A DNA stretch of 64,000 bases from IMG/VR virus record IMGVR_UViG_3300020231_000201; one strand, 5' to 3'. Below, one piece after another: positions 10,098 to 18,222 of the stretch. Below the pieces are notes generated by a model. The model was not told the origin of the DNA. It worked only from the letters and a program-made list of their open reading frames with translations, and made no database searches. A program made the position numbers and the translations under genes. This DNA comes from an uncultured virus (IMG/VR IMGVR_UViG_3300020231_000201) (Duplodnaviria; Heunggongvirae; Uroviricota; Caudoviricetes). Numbering within the stretch: the stretch's first letter is position 1; the number at the start of each line of letters is the position of its first letter.

Positions 10098-10169
10098 GTT
10101 GGTTGCTAGAATGTGGTTAAGGGATTCAACACTACTTTACCAAGCGATGTTCTGTTGATGAAATCCACA
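10098..10169 (+). ncRNA. Candidate structured RNA motif, copy 2
   Basis: ugugg-uUAAGGGAU-ucaaca...uguuga-UGAAAU-ccaca; same conserved internal loop as copy 1. Confidence 0.5.
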
Positions 10170-10174
10170 CAGCT

Positions 10175-10282
10175 CTCGAAGAACTCTTGTGAACTTTCTT
10201 CTTTGTGAAGTCAATTGATGCGACCAACAATCCCTCGAAGAACTTGTGAACTTTCTTTTGGAAGTCAATTGATGCGACCAAC
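10175..10282. repeat. About 55-bp imperfect tandem duplication
   Basis: ctcgaagaac...gtgaactttctt...gaagtcaattgatgcgaccaac at 10175-10228 and 10234-10282. Confidence 0.95.
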
Positions 10283-10318
10283 CAAAACTTATTTTAGAAT
10301 CAGGCTCTCAAGAAAATA

Positions 10319-10552
10319 GTGGCAACCACCTATCCAAAATATCCTAGTCAAAACAAACACAATAGGGCAGCCCTCTATTTTGACGATGAAATGATGCTAA
10401 AAATAACTGAAGTTGTTTCCCGAATGATAGACCAATCTGGAAAAAATCATAACATTTCAGATGCAGTAAGATATCTAATTACAGAAGGATTAAAAAACTA
10501 CGAATTTTATTCAAGATACAATGCAAGAGTTGATTTCATCAGCCCGAGGTAA
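10319..10552 (+). CDS. Ribbon-helix-helix DNA-binding protein
   Basis: ALYFDDEMMLKI...NISDAVRYLITEGL has the RHH pattern. Confidence 0.6.
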   Translation: MATTYPKYPSQNKHNRAALYFDDEMMLKITEVVSRMIDQSGKNHNISDAVRYLITEGLKNYEFYSRYNARVDFISPR

Positions 10553-10931
10553 ATGGCCTTATCCTCTAAATACCATAAAAATTAATGAATTTAACAAACT
10601 AGGAAAAAACGATCAAACCATACAAGTGCAAATTAGAATTGAGGCATTAGAGAAAATTCTTGTGAAGAAACATTTGAAGGGAATGATAAAAATTGAACTA
10701 GGCGAAGAACCAACATCAAAAAAAAATATTCGATATCTGAATCGAATGATCACTACAATCAGGGGAGAGGTAACTGCAACTAACATCATACTAGAGTTGT
10801 ATGAAATAATTGTTAAAATAAAAGGCGACCAAAAATCCATTCATAAGGAGATTTTTAAAGCCCTTGACAATGCAGTTCCTATTTCAAGCATAAGACGAGT
10901 ATTAAGCCAATATAGAAGGGGCATCCTTTAA
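10521..10931 (+). CDS. Hypothetical protein, possible C-terminal HTH
   Basis: 136-aa ORF; VPISSIRRVLSQY resembles a recognition helix. Confidence 0.45.
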   Translation: MQELISSARGKWPYPLNTIKINEFNKLGKNDQTIQVQIRIEALEKILVKKHLKGMIKIELGEEPTSKKNIRYLNRMITTIRGEVTATNIILELYEIIVKIKGDQKSIHKEIFKALDNAVPISSIRRVLSQYRRGIL

Positions 10932-10934
10932 GGT

Positions 10935-10947
10935 AACAAGGTATACC
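10935..10947. promoter_or_regulatory. AACAAGGTATACC operator-like site, copy 1
   Basis: Identical 13-mer at 17925-17937 and, inverted, at 23627-23639; all intergenic. Confidence 0.55.
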
Positions 10948-11010
10948 CCATTCACTATATTTTTTTTAATTCGTTAATGCAATTTTTTGATATTCATTAG
11001 TTGATAAACC

Positions 11011-11937
11011 ATGAACCAGCGTGGTTTTAGGTTGCAAAGTCAGGAATATGCTAAAGTTATCGAAGATCCAAAATCACTGATTGATAATGTCTTAGAAAAA
11101 CATTACCAAACTCCACAAATCAAATCAAAAGAAATGTACGAAGATGTAATCAATTATGCAAATCGTCAAATGACTGAACATGATTATTTTAAAATGAAAG
11201 AAAAGTATGATGAAAAAGTTTTCTGGAATTTATTTTTTGAAGGATCAAAGGCTATGTGCGAATTGACAGAAAGATCATTCAAGGATGAAAGAGTTGAAAG
11301 AGAGATGATTAAAAAAGGAATCCATCCACTTTTAGTAAATGAAGAAGAAGCAAAATATTTCCACTCTAAAGAATTTGGAACTCATTCACCAGTAATTGCA
11401 ACACATCACATCAGAATTGGAACACCACATGGAATTTCAAGAACTGAACCTGGTTTGTTGTCAGATCTTTACAAGTGTGGATATCTGCAAGACCTTACGG
11501 TTGAAGCTCTTATCGCATATGCACTTGAAGAAAAAGGCAGAGTAATTAGAGTTGACACAGCAAAAAAAATGTGTAAGGAAATTAACAAACAACGTAGAGA
11601 TCAAGTAAGCAGTTTAGTTGATGGCAGAACAGGAGAAGATAAAATGACAAAGAAAGTTTTAGAAATTATTTCCAAGAAAGGAATGGCTGAACATTGGAGT
11701 TTTGAAAAGGTAAACAATTATGGAAATCAGGGAAGAAAAATGTGCAAACTTGTGCAAGACGACTTTGGGAAAGAAATAGGAAACATGATTGTAAAACAAA
11801 ATTCAGAAAATACTATTCAAACAGCAGAATTAGCTGTTAATCACATGGAACACATTTGTAAATCATTAGGTATCGCAGTTGATGATATGATTGCAGTTGC
11901 ATGGTATAAGATAATGGGTAGGAAAAAGAAAAAATAA
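11011..11937 (+). CDS. Hypothetical protein (308 aa), first gene of the basic-protein operon
   Basis: Long ORF; TAATG coupling to the next gene. Confidence 0.8.
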   Translation: MNQRGFRLQSQEYAKVIEDPKSLIDNVLEKHYQTPQIKSKEMYEDVINYANRQMTEHDYFKMKEKYDEKVFWNLFFEGSKAMCELTERSFKDERVEREMIKKGIHPLLVNEEEAKYFHSKEFGTHSPVIATHHIRIGTPHGISRTEPGLLSDLYKCGYLQDLTVEALIAYALEEKGRVIRVDTAKKMCKEINKQRRDQVSSLVDGRTGEDKMTKKVLEIISKKGMAEHWSFEKVNNYGNQGRKMCKLVQDDFGKEIGNMIVKQNSENTIQTAELAVNHMEHICKSLGIAVDDMIAVAWYKIMGRKKKK

Positions 11938-12248
11938 TGCCAGCTCCTTTTAGAACTAAATCACAACTCAAAGCTATTCATGCAAAGACCAATGCAATTA
12001 GATCAGGTGTAAGTAAAAGAGAATTATTTGAAGCTGATGTTCAACGCATAAAACTGGCAAGAGAGGAAGGTCGAGATGAAGGAGTTACACCACTGTTTGA
12101 TTTAGCAGCAAATCTCAGAAATATATCAGACGAAAGAGCTTTAGAGAAAGCAAGTGTAATAATAGCCTTACAAAGGGATAAGGAAGCAAGAGAATCTTTC
12201 ATTAAAGAAAACGCACTTCGTAGAAACCAACAAAGGAGTTTTACATAA
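11937..12248 (+). CDS. Basic protein with leader motif A (QLKAIHAK)
   Basis: MPAPFRTKSQLKAIHAK; shares GVSKRELFE and FIKENALRR with 13990. Confidence 0.8.
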   Translation: MPAPFRTKSQLKAIHAKTNAIRSGVSKRELFEADVQRIKLAREEGRDEGVTPLFDLAANLRNISDERALEKASVIIALQRDKEARESFIKENALRRNQQRSFT

Positions 12249-12682
12249 TGCCATTTGTTACACTTACCGACAAGAGAAGAATTTTTGTAAGAAACGCAAA
12301 GGAAGGAATTTCAGTTAGAGTACAAGACATTTACGGTCCTGAAATTGCTGCTGATCCCAAAGTTCAATCAGCAGGATCATTTGAACAAGCTCAAAGAATT
12401 GCAAGAGAACGAGTAACATCAAAGCACAGTGTTGGATTCATCAGTCCTCAAAAAGCAAAAGAGATTGGAGTAAAGGGCATGGAATTCAGAGAACGCCCAC
12501 CAAGTCCAGTTAATGTAAAGTTTTCAGATGAACTTTTCTTAAAGAATTTACAAGAAAAAGTAAAAATGGAAAAACAAGAAGAACTAACAAAAACTTCTAC
12601 TAACATAATTTCTGATAAGGCTTTGCTAAAAGCCGATGAATCTAAGGAAAAAATGCTTACAAAACAATTGAGGAATATCTGA
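12248..12682 (+). CDS. Protein with leader motif B (FVTLTDKRRIFV)
   Basis: Translationally coupled; beta-hairpin-like leader followed by GIS. Confidence 0.75.
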   Translation: MPFVTLTDKRRIFVRNAKEGISVRVQDIYGPEIAADPKVQSAGSFEQAQRIARERVTSKHSVGFISPQKAKEIGVKGMEFRERPPSPVNVKFSDELFLKNLQEKVKMEKQEELTKTSTNIISDKALLKADESKEKMLTKQLRNI

Positions 12683-12726
12683 TGTTTCTAGTCTTTACAA
12701 ATAAAATTTCAAGGAAGTGAGTCTTT

Positions 12727-13077
12727 TTAGCCAGAAAAAGATCAAAAGAGGAAGTTGCAGCAATTCAAGCTAAAAAAAATGTAACTGGATTAACATTTTC
12801 TGGACTTATAAAAACTGTTGAAGATAATGACAGAAGTAAAGACACACTCGATATTACTACAAATCAAGACAACTCATTAAAAGAATTCCCAAAAAAAGAA
12901 TTCAGGTTGTGGGTTGTAAAAGAACCAAATTCAAGTGAAAAACTTGGAGGTTCGGAAACAGTTGTTAGATCACAACATTATGGACAAGCAGTTGATGATT
13001 TCATTATTGATTGGAATAAAAGAAAAAGATTGAACAGAACAATCGGATATCCAGTAGTACAAGGGAACAAAATCTAA
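12727..13077 (+). CDS. Leader-motif-A protein lacking a canonical start codon (TTA); not in ORF track
   Basis: 116-codon open frame (L)ARKRSKEEVAAIQAKKN...GNKI, parallel to MARKLGKEEVAAIKA...GEKI; SD-like GGAAGTGA 6 nt upstream; TAATG coupling downstream. Confidence 0.65.
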   Translation, partial: LARKRSKEEVAAIQAKKNVTGLTFSGLIKTVEDNDRSKDTLDITTNQDNSLKEFPKKEFRLWVVKEPNSSEKLGGSETVVRSQHYGQAVDDFIIDWNKRKRLNRTIGYPVVQGNKI

Positions 13078-13316
13078 TGGCACGAAAATTAGGAAAAGAA
13101 GAAGTCGCTGCAATTAAAGCTGGTCGAAATTTTCAGTTTGGTGTTAAAGGATTTAGTAGACATGATAAACCTGAACCTGAAATTGTGAGTGGTAGAGGAA
13201 TGTCTAGTCTAGGAGAACCATTCACTGTAAAAGAACAAAAAAGAATTAAACAAGAAGCATTATTTAACGCACAACTATCGGGAAAGAGAAAAGAACTAAC
13301 GGGGGAGAAAATCTAA
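13077..13316 (+). CDS. Basic protein with leader motif A (EVAAIKA)
   Basis: Shares SGRGMSSLGEPFTVK with 16133. Confidence 0.8.
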   Translation: MARKLGKEEVAAIKAGRNFQFGVKGFSRHDKPEPEIVSGRGMSSLGEPFTVKEQKRIKQEALFNAQLSGKRKELTGEKI

Positions 13317-13673
13317 TTGGGGCTATTCAGTAAGAGAACACCAAAACAGGTTGCTGCAATCAAAGCTAAGGAGAGATTCAAACTAAGAGCAGGAATACTT
13401 GGAGATGAAAAGAAGGCCGTCAAAGAAAATAGATTAACAATTGAAAGTCAAATTAAGAGAAATAATAGAGGAGATCTTTCTCCACAAGAACAAGCAGTAA
13501 TTGTAACTGCTAACCGTTCATCAAAAATTGAGAAGGGAGATCTATCCGAATTACCAAGAGGAAATAGGAATGAACAAACTGCACTTGTTTTGGATAAACA
13601 AAGAGATAAGCTACTCAAAGAAGAACAAGAAATTGACTTTAGGAAAGACAAATTGGAGGTTCAAGCGAAATGA
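13317..13673 (+). CDS. Basic protein with leader motif A (QVAAIKAK)
   Basis: MGLFSKRTPKQVAAIKAK. Confidence 0.8.
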   Translation: MGLFSKRTPKQVAAIKAKERFKLRAGILGDEKKAVKENRLTIESQIKRNNRGDLSPQEQAVIVTANRSSKIEKGDLSELPRGNRNEQTALVLDKQRDKLLKEEQEIDFRKDKLEVQAK

Positions 13674-13990
13674 TTGATAATGAAAAATCAAGAAAAAAAT
13701 TCTTCGCAACATTAAACAAATCAAACAAATCAATCAGTATCAAATCACTTGAAATGGTTGAAGTTTTGAATAAAGGAAGTTTGGCAAAAGGAATCGATCC
13801 TTCCGAATTTAACATTGAACGACTAAAAGGAACAGATGATTTAGTTGTACGAGAAAAAGGTCAACAACACGGAGTCATTACAACGGCAGATGATCTTGAT
13901 CGTGTGTTAATACACCTTGAACAGCAAAAAAAGGCTCGACTAATTCAAGAAGCCCCACAAAAATCTAAGCAGAAGGGGTTGCAACTTTAA
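13670..13990 (+). CDS. Protein with divergent leader motif A (SRKKFFAT)
   Basis: Coupled ORF within the array. Confidence 0.7.
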   Translation: MIDNEKSRKKFFATLNKSNKSISIKSLEMVEVLNKGSLAKGIDPSEFNIERLKGTDDLVVREKGQQHGVITTADDLDRVLIHLEQQKKARLIQEAPQKSKQKGLQL

Positions 13991-14382
13991 TGGTTAAATT
14001 TTTTATAGACAGTAAGGGGAGAGTACGAAAAATTAATGATAATGATCTGGAAATTTTCAAACAAATGAAAGGAATAACTATGGAATTAGAAGTGAATAGA
14101 GCAAAACGAGCTGGAGTTTCAAAAAGAGAATTATTTGAAAGAGATATTTTTGATAGAAAATTAGGTAGCCTGTCTTCATCAGACAGAGAAATCGTTATGA
14201 CAGGAATTGGATCGGGCAGAATTCAGATTGGAGATATTGTTGAAGGTGCAACAAAGAAAAATGTTACAAGTGCAAAAGCTTTGGATGATGCTTTGGAAAA
14301 CATCAGCGCAGCAAGAGCTCTTAGATTAAATCCTGAAGCCAAAAGACAATTCATCAAAGAAAACGCACTAAGGAGAACTTAG
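13990..14382 (+). CDS. Protein with leader motif B (FFIDSKGRVRKI)
   Basis: Paralogous blocks shared with 11937. Confidence 0.8.
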   Translation: MVKFFIDSKGRVRKINDNDLEIFKQMKGITMELEVNRAKRAGVSKRELFERDIFDRKLGSLSSSDREIVMTGIGSGRIQIGDIVEGATKKNVTSAKALDDALENISAARALRLNPEAKRQFIKENALRRT

Positions 14383-14383
14383 T

Positions 14384-14857
14384 ATGGCACTTACTAAAGA
14401 ACAACTACGAGCTATTCATGCAAAGAAAGGTTCTAGCGGAATTTCATCTCGATCTCACAAGACTGGTAATAAACAAATTACGATAAAGACTAAGCCAAAG
14501 AAAGCCCAAGTAAGAATTCCAAAAATTGTAATTCCTAAAGGCGATATCAGATCTCATCTTACCGAAGAAGAAATTGGCGAATGGGAAAAAGCAGCCGGTT
14601 CAGAATTAATTAGTGCAGAAACAGGAAGATTTGAAGGAAGAAACACTGTTGAAGTAAAATTCCAAAACGGAGAAGAATGGTTTGAGTTCCAAACAATGAA
14701 GGAACAAAATGATTGGTTTTCAAATTACTATAATGGATTAGATATTCCAAAAGTAAAAGAGGGTAAATTTGTTGAACTAGATCATCCAAAAATTGAGGGC
14801 TACGTTACTTTAATGTCAGGACTTTCATTGTTCAAGGACAGGTTGATGGAAAAATGA
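14384..14857 (+). CDS. Protein with leader motif A (QLRAIHAK) and acidic C-terminal domain
   Basis: MALTKEQLRAIHAKKGSSGISS. Confidence 0.8.
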   Translation: MALTKEQLRAIHAKKGSSGISSRSHKTGNKQITIKTKPKKAQVRIPKIVIPKGDIRSHLTEEEIGEWEKAAGSELISAETGRFEGRNTVEVKFQNGEEWFEFQTMKEQNDWFSNYYNGLDIPKVKEGKFVELDHPKIEGYVTLMSGLSLFKDRLMEK

Positions 14858-15264
14858 CTAAGAAACTTTCTAGAAAACAAATGAGAGCTATTCATGCTAA
14901 AAATTATGTAGGAATTGTAGTTATTAGGAAAGGAAAAACTCGAAACGCAGATACTTTTGTTAATGATAAACCAATGACTTCAACACAAGCATTTCATTCC
15001 GCAGCAGTAAAAAGTTCTATTGAACTTATGAAGCCTAAATACAAAATTGGTTCAAAGAGATTTGCATTAGCAATAAAGAAAAAAGATCTAAACGACTTTG
15101 TAGAAAAACAGAAAGTTCCAAAGAAAAATCCAGGTCCATTCCTAATAGCTGAAAAGACAAGAGGAGGAAATGAAAAATTAATAGCTAGATTAGGACCAAA
15201 AGGCGAGACACCTGAAGTAATTATAGGAGAACGAAAATTTTTGGAGAATAAAACCCCATTTTAA
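14854..15264 (+). CDS. Basic protein with leader motif A (QMRAIHAK)
   Basis: MTKKLSRKQMRAIHAK. Confidence 0.8.
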   Translation: MTKKLSRKQMRAIHAKNYVGIVVIRKGKTRNADTFVNDKPMTSTQAFHSAAVKSSIELMKPKYKIGSKRFALAIKKKDLNDFVEKQKVPKKNPGPFLIAEKTRGGNEKLIARLGPKGETPEVIIGERKFLENKTPF

Positions 15265-15274
15265 AGTGATAGTA

Positions 15275-15505
15275 ATGGTTCATAAAAGATCAAAAGCACA
15301 AAACAGAGCTATACACGCTAAGAAAGGCGGTGGTATTTCTTCAACACAACTTACAGCATATGATGTTGCAGCCAAGAAAAAAGTTCACATCTTAAAACCA
15401 ATGGCTGTTAAGTTGAAAAACGGAACATGGGCAATTAAAGGAAAGAGTTCTGCAACTGGAAACACTGTCTTTAGACTTGTCGGCAAGACAAAACCGACAA
15501 TCTAA
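15275..15505 (+). CDS. Leader-motif-A protein with DUF5679-like small beta domain
   Basis: QNRAIHAKKGGGISS then AYDVAAKKK...MAVKLKNGTWAIKGKSSATGNTVFR, DUF5679-like but without cysteines (track start 15266). Confidence 0.7.
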   Translation: MVHKRSKAQNRAIHAKKGGGISSTQLTAYDVAAKKKVHILKPMAVKLKNGTWAIKGKSSATGNTVFRLVGKTKPTI

Positions 15506-15517
15506 TTTTTTTGCTAA

Positions 15518-16132
15518 ATGGCTAATCTAACTCCAGAGCAATTGGCAGCGATGTTCTCAAAGGAGGAGATCAGTAGAGGAATCTCATCAAGTGATATTTC
15601 ATTAAGATTAAAAGAATTTGGAATTAAAAGAGAGAAACGATTAACTCCACAGGAAGAATTCAAACAAAGAGATGTTTTAGTTATTCCTGAAAGACGACAA
15701 AGAATAGAAATATCTCAAAGTGTAAGAGATAAATTTTTGCCACCTACAATGAAAGAAATTACAAGAGAAGGAAAAATAATTACAGTTCGCAAAAGAAAAT
15801 TCGGACCACTTGATCCTGATCTGGAAGCTAGTGAAGCACAAAAAGAAGCTTTGTTGAATATAACTGGAAGATCCCAAAGTCAAACAACAAGGGGAGAAGC
15901 AGCAGCACAATTCAATGTTCTCAATAGACAAAGATCAATGGATCTTGTAACAGCAATACAAGGGCAACATTCAACAGATCCAGAAGTACAAAGATTGGTT
16001 GGAGGTTTAACTCCAGAACAAAGAGCTCAAGCAAATGAGATTCTCGAAAGAATAGCTAACAAAAAAGCTGTTTCGTCACCATTAATGTTACCTTTCCGTG
16101 ATGTGAAAAACGTATTGAAGATGGTGAAATAA
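15518..16132 (+). CDS. Protein with leader motif A (QLAAMFSK)
   Basis: MANLTPEQLAAMFSKEEISRGISS. Confidence 0.8.
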   Translation: MANLTPEQLAAMFSKEEISRGISSSDISLRLKEFGIKREKRLTPQEEFKQRDVLVIPERRQRIEISQSVRDKFLPPTMKEITREGKIITVRKRKFGPLDPDLEASEAQKEALLNITGRSQSQTTRGEAAAQFNVLNRQRSMDLVTAIQGQHSTDPEVQRLVGGLTPEQRAQANEILERIANKKAVSSPLMLPFRDVKNVLKMVK

Positions 16133-16351
16133 ATGGCGATCTTCATTACAAAGAATGGCAAAGTGTTACGAATTCCAGATAAAATAAGTAAAAGACAAAA
16201 AGAAATTGTTGAAGAATTTAATCAAAGAGATATTATAATTAGTGGTAGAGGAATGTCCAGTTTAGGAGAACCATTTACTGTAAAAAAACCATCAACAAAG
16301 ATTAAAGATTCAGATCTAATGCGTATGCAAAGAGAGGCAGGATTTAGATAA
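16133..16351 (+). CDS. Basic protein with leader motif B (FITKNGKVLRI)
   Basis: Shares SGRGMSSLGEPFTVK with 13077. Confidence 0.8.
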   Translation: MAIFITKNGKVLRIPDKISKRQKEIVEEFNQRDIIISGRGMSSLGEPFTVKKPSTKIKDSDLMRMQREAGFR

Positions 16352-16839
16352 TGTTCAGATTACTTTTATTTCTACCAATTTTGGCTGTTTCATTATTTGT
16401 AATTGATGATGCACAAGCCCTTAGCTCATTCATTGGTAGTTTTGAAGGAATGTATGACGAGAAGATGATCAATGCGGTTGGCGAATTTAGAATCAATAAT
16501 GATATTGGAACATATGTTTTAGTTGGAACGTTTGAAAATGATGGCATAGATAGGTACAACCCAAACTGCCAGAAAATTGTTGGCGATTTAGTCCTAGAGG
16601 GAACAGATAGAAAAATAATTCTCGATTTTACTGGAAAGAACTGCAAGTACGGATTAACTTCCTATGTAATAGGAACTTTTGAAACAGATGGTGGAGAAGG
16701 AAGAATAACATTTGTGGCTGATCATCATAATAATACTGTGGAAGGACAACTAAAAGGAGTATTAAATGAAATTCCTGAACAAGTAAACCATGAAGTAGTG
16801 ATTAACGATTCAATAAAATTAACAGGAGAAAAAGAATAA
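16351..16839 (+). CDS. Secreted beta-rich protein
   Basis: Signal peptide ending DDAQA; Gly/beta-strand-rich with two Cys. Confidence 0.7.
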   Translation: MFRLLLFLPILAVSLFVIDDAQALSSFIGSFEGMYDEKMINAVGEFRINNDIGTYVLVGTFENDGIDRYNPNCQKIVGDLVLEGTDRKIILDFTGKNCKYGLTSYVIGTFETDGGEGRITFVADHHNNTVEGQLKGVLNEIPEQVNHEVVINDSIKLTGEKE

Positions 16840-17798
16840 TGGCTGACAAACCATTCTTTGATAAAAGAGGAAGGCTTCTTCCAAAAAGACAATTGGCAGC
16901 AATTTTCGCCAAAGCTGAAAGACAAGGAATACCTGACACAGAAATTAATGCAGCAAAACTCACAAGTATCAACGATGAAATTATTGCAGGGAGAAGAACT
17001 AATGAAGATGAAAATAAAGTAATTGATAAGGCATTACAAAAAATTTTTAATGTAAAACCCAAAGTGACTATAACAAAAATTGATCCAGCATTATTATCTA
17101 GGGGAGAAAGAAAAACAATCAGATCAGGACAGCCATTGAGAGTAATAGATGTTATAAGAAAATTATCAAATTCTAATGACATAACCCATGCTGAAGCAAG
17201 ACGATTACTCGAAACATCAAATTCTATTCCACCAGGTATTTCAGATGATGCAATACTTCAACCATCAAGAAAACTCGCTGTAACTAAAAAAGATGATGAA
17301 GCAGCAATACAAGAAATAGTTGAAAAATTTGATAAAGCGAAGAAAAGTGAACCAATATTATCAAAAAAAGTTATATCGAAAATTACTCCAAGTAAAGTTA
17401 TTCAAAGGAAAATTTCTGATGCGGCTTTAAGAAACGCATTAGATAAACAAAGAGAGTTAGTGAAAACTACAAAAAATTTAGCAGAACAAACGGAACTTCT
17501 ATCAAAAATTTCTGATGTTCAGGATAAAAGAGCTGATCAGCAGGATGCAAGATCAGATTTACTTGAAAAAGAGATAGAAAAAGAACAAGAAAGAAAAATT
17601 GAAGGCGGAGTGAAGGAATCCCCATTGGTAATACCTGGATTAATTTCAGGATTAGATCCATTAAAAGTAACAACTGAACAAACTGTTAAGGATAAAATTC
17701 GTAGAAGGGCATTAGATATTGAATTTATTGAAGGGAAATCCCCTCAAGAAGCTATGGACCAAGCAAAAATTGAAGTAGTTAGGCAGATTACCTCATAG
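16839..17798 (+). CDS. Coiled-coil protein carrying both leader motifs (FFDKRGRLL + QLAAIFAK)
   Basis: MADKPFFDKRGRLLPKRQLAAIFAK. Confidence 0.8.
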   Translation: MADKPFFDKRGRLLPKRQLAAIFAKAERQGIPDTEINAAKLTSINDEIIAGRRTNEDENKVIDKALQKIFNVKPKVTITKIDPALLSRGERKTIRSGQPLRVIDVIRKLSNSNDITHAEARRLLETSNSIPPGISDDAILQPSRKLAVTKKDDEAAIQEIVEKFDKAKKSEPILSKKVISKITPSKVIQRKISDAALRNALDKQRELVKTTKNLAEQTELLSKISDVQDKRADQQDARSDLLEKEIEKEQERKIEGGVKESPLVIPGLISGLDPLKVTTEQTVKDKIRRRALDIEFIEGKSPQEAMDQAKIEVVRQITS

Positions 17799-17952
17799 CG
17801 TTTTTGTTAAGTAGATTCCTAACTTTTTACTTAATTAAGTGATTTTACTTAACGAAAGGCGGAGAGCCAGTTTTCGCAAATTAGTGAACGAATTTTAACC
17901 AAAGTACACTAAGTACACCAATGGAACAAGGTATACCTGTGGTTGATGCCTT

Positions 17953-18222
17953 ATTGAAGAAAAGCCTGTAAAACGACCTATCAAAGTCATAAAGAGTTTC
18001 ATAACTTGGGTAAAGCACGTTTCAACTGACGAGGACTTTCCCTTTCCCTACGTCAGTTCCTACATTACTATCGCAGCAAAAAGATTAGCTGAACAATGGG
18101 ATCATGCTAAGAAAGATCCTGAAACCAAATCCAAGTTCATTGAGGAATTAAAAAAAGATGCAAAAGAACTTCGTGAAAAGGGCTATCTTCAAAATCCAAG
18201 AGGAGTTGATAATGAAGAATAA
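17953..18222 (+). CDS. Probable 89-aa protein without ATG/GTG/TTG start (ATT?); not in ORF track
   Basis: Open frame IEEKPVKRPIKVIKSFITWVKH...QNPRGVDNEE; its end contains the RBS of the next gene. Confidence 0.45.
   Translation: MEEKPVKRPIKVIKSFITWVKHVSTDEDFPFPYVSSYITIAAKRLAEQWDHAKKDPETKSKFIEELKKDAKELREKGYLQNPRGVDNEE

Noticed and set aside
8951..10169. TIGR array or canonical C/D-box sRNA
   Set aside because: Only two dispersed copies, no box D paired with the UGAUGA, and no Nop-domain protein recognised.
18024..18058. Hammerhead ribozyme (CUGACGA)
   Set aside because: No GAAA core or three-stem junction; a simple hairpin within a probable ORF.
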